From Camelus dromedarius (taxonomy: Eukaryota), in NCBI RefSeq assembly GCF_036321535.1, contig NC_087437.1, forward strand, positions 97,838,001 through 97,902,000: a stretch of 64,000 nucleotides of DNA, written 5' to 3'. Each line of letters begins with the position of its first letter. The first letter of the stretch is position 1. Below the pieces are notes generated by a model. That model made no database searches. It saw only the letters and a program-made list of their open reading frames with translations, and was not told the DNA's origin. Made by a program: the position numbers and the translations under genes. Below are positions 62,300-64,000 of this stretch, piece by piece.

Positions 62300-64000
62300 A
62301 AAAACCAAACTGCAAAGTCGTATTTATTTACATTAAAAGGTGAATTACCTGTACACACAAATTTAAGAGGCACAATCTGTTAAGCACAATAACTATGATC
62401 TTCAGAACATGTTATACACAGTAGTTATCTGCTGATACATCAGTGGTTCAAGTCAAAACACAGTAAGTACCAAAACACCCCTGACACAAAATAAATTATT
62501 CATTCACATATACTAATCATACAAGACAGTTAATATTTTAAAAGTTATGTACTTCAAAAAACACTAGCAAGATGTACAACCAAAATGTATTGTTTGTTTT
62601 ATGAAAAATGTTTTCAGATTATTATGCATACATAATCCCTTGTAGGATGCATTTTTACCTTTTAAATAAATAAACTACACTGATTTCAAGACTATATATA
62701 CATTTATATAGCCCCCTAAAATATAATTAAAGACAGACTTTACTTCATTTTTTTAAAGGTGTAACTATACTAGAGAATATGCTAAACAATTGCCTTCAAA
62801 TTCCAACACTGCCAATCTATTTTTTAGACACAATTACTTAAATTCCAATTTTAGTGTATGAGATTAGCTGCCCTGTTTTGCAAATTGTTTCCTCTAAAGT
62901 GTTAATAGATTGTCCTGAACTACCTTATACTTGAGAAATTCAAACTTTAAAAAATCTTAAAATGCTTTAGGTTAAAACTGATACTATATATGGAGATTTT
63001 GAAAAATTGAATACTTTTCTCTTAAAGACCTTTGCAAAAAGATCTTTTTCTATTCTGAAACTTATTGAAGATTTCTATGACGTCCAAGAGAACACCTGAA
63101 TATTTTCATAATGCAGTGAAGGATTCCTCTTTGGCATTTCTCCATTAGTTCTAAAATAAAACATGTCAACAGACATTCTATATTTTAATATCTACCTACT
63201 ACACGTATTTTCATACACAAAAGTATTTGATTAAAATTCTTTTAACAGCAATTTCATTACTAAGAAACATTCTTTAGATCTGCAAAAACCACTCAGCTTT
63301 TTATATGAGAAGCTGAAATGTTTTGATGTTGCTGAAATCACTTTGTTCACTTTTCCTTTTCTTTGATTGGAAATTTAACATCCTTTCAAACTCAACAATG
63401 GATAAAGCAGATATATTTTATACTAACAAAAATGTTGACCAGAGTATAATTTTTGAATATTGATAGGAAATATGCCTCTATTATAGAAAAAAAAAAGCTT
63501 TAAATAACAGGGGCATCACAGAAATAAAACTGCTTCATTTTCTTTCTTGGTTTTTGTAGCTTTCCTAAAAGGAAACAAACCAAAACACAAAACTGCTACC
63601 AAGCTGATTTGTGGACCTTTTTTTCACATTGCATTCCACATTAGATTTCCACGTTACTTCCAGTATTCACAAATTTTCTGCTCTCATGACACACTAACCT
63701 TAAGGCTAAAAATAGCCCAAGTCTGTAACTATTTTTAATTGATGGTAGGAAACAAGGAAGGTATTTATAAATGAGTACAATTTCCTCATTTAAAACTAAG
63801 TATGGGGAAAAAAACTCAGTAAAACTGAATCAAATGCCAGCTAAATTCTCTACGGTTTACTGAAAACAAACAATGAAACAAAAATGTAAAAGAAATAAAT
63901 ATATTGTAGCTGATTACTGCTGTTTATCAATGTCCGCAAAGGTCTTAAATAACAAAAAATTGGTAGTAATGACGGCTTTATTGTGACATCAACACATTTC
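62300..64000 (-). other. Probable 3' UTR of a convergent minus-strand gene (HSPA13 expected from recalled synteny)
   Basis: AU-rich block with no repeat I recognise; minus-strand AATAAA at 62323-62328 followed about 20 nt later by GU-rich GTTTGGTTTTT..TGTGT; second AATAAA at 63977-63982; no CDS in the window, so the identity is inferred. Confidence 0.5.

Overview
AT-rich mammalian genomic DNA, almost certainly camelid, because it carries two Vic-1-type tRNA-derived SINEs. About 52 kb (4150-56255, + strand) holds the 3' 23 coding exons of an MRP-type ABC transporter, best identified as ABCC13. Spliced by hand at GT-AG sites, the exons give one uninterrupted frame of 3288 nt (1095 aa + TAG). 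It covers the rest of TMD1, NBD1, a short linker, TMD2 and NBD2, with all ATPase motifs intact. The gene therefore looks functional here, whereas it is a pseudogene in humans. The 5' exons lie outside the window. Introns are filled with L1, L2, MIR, MaLR/ERVL/ERV1 LTRs and DNA-transposon relics. Downstream, one MER41-like solo LTR has inserted into a second one in the opposite orientation. The window ends in what looks like the 3' UTR of a convergent minus-strand gene (probably HSPA13, by synteny only). There are no prokaryotic-type systems such as CRISPR. The most interesting signals are the intact ABCC13 (truncated regulatory linker, remodelled substrate pocket, masked PDZ tail, A-run-weakened splice donor), the nested inverted LTRs with three identical N4-spaced STAT motifs, and a polyadenylated LTR retrocopy with a TSD. 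Paralogue exon sizes, residue numbers and repeat-family names are recalled from memory, not computed.
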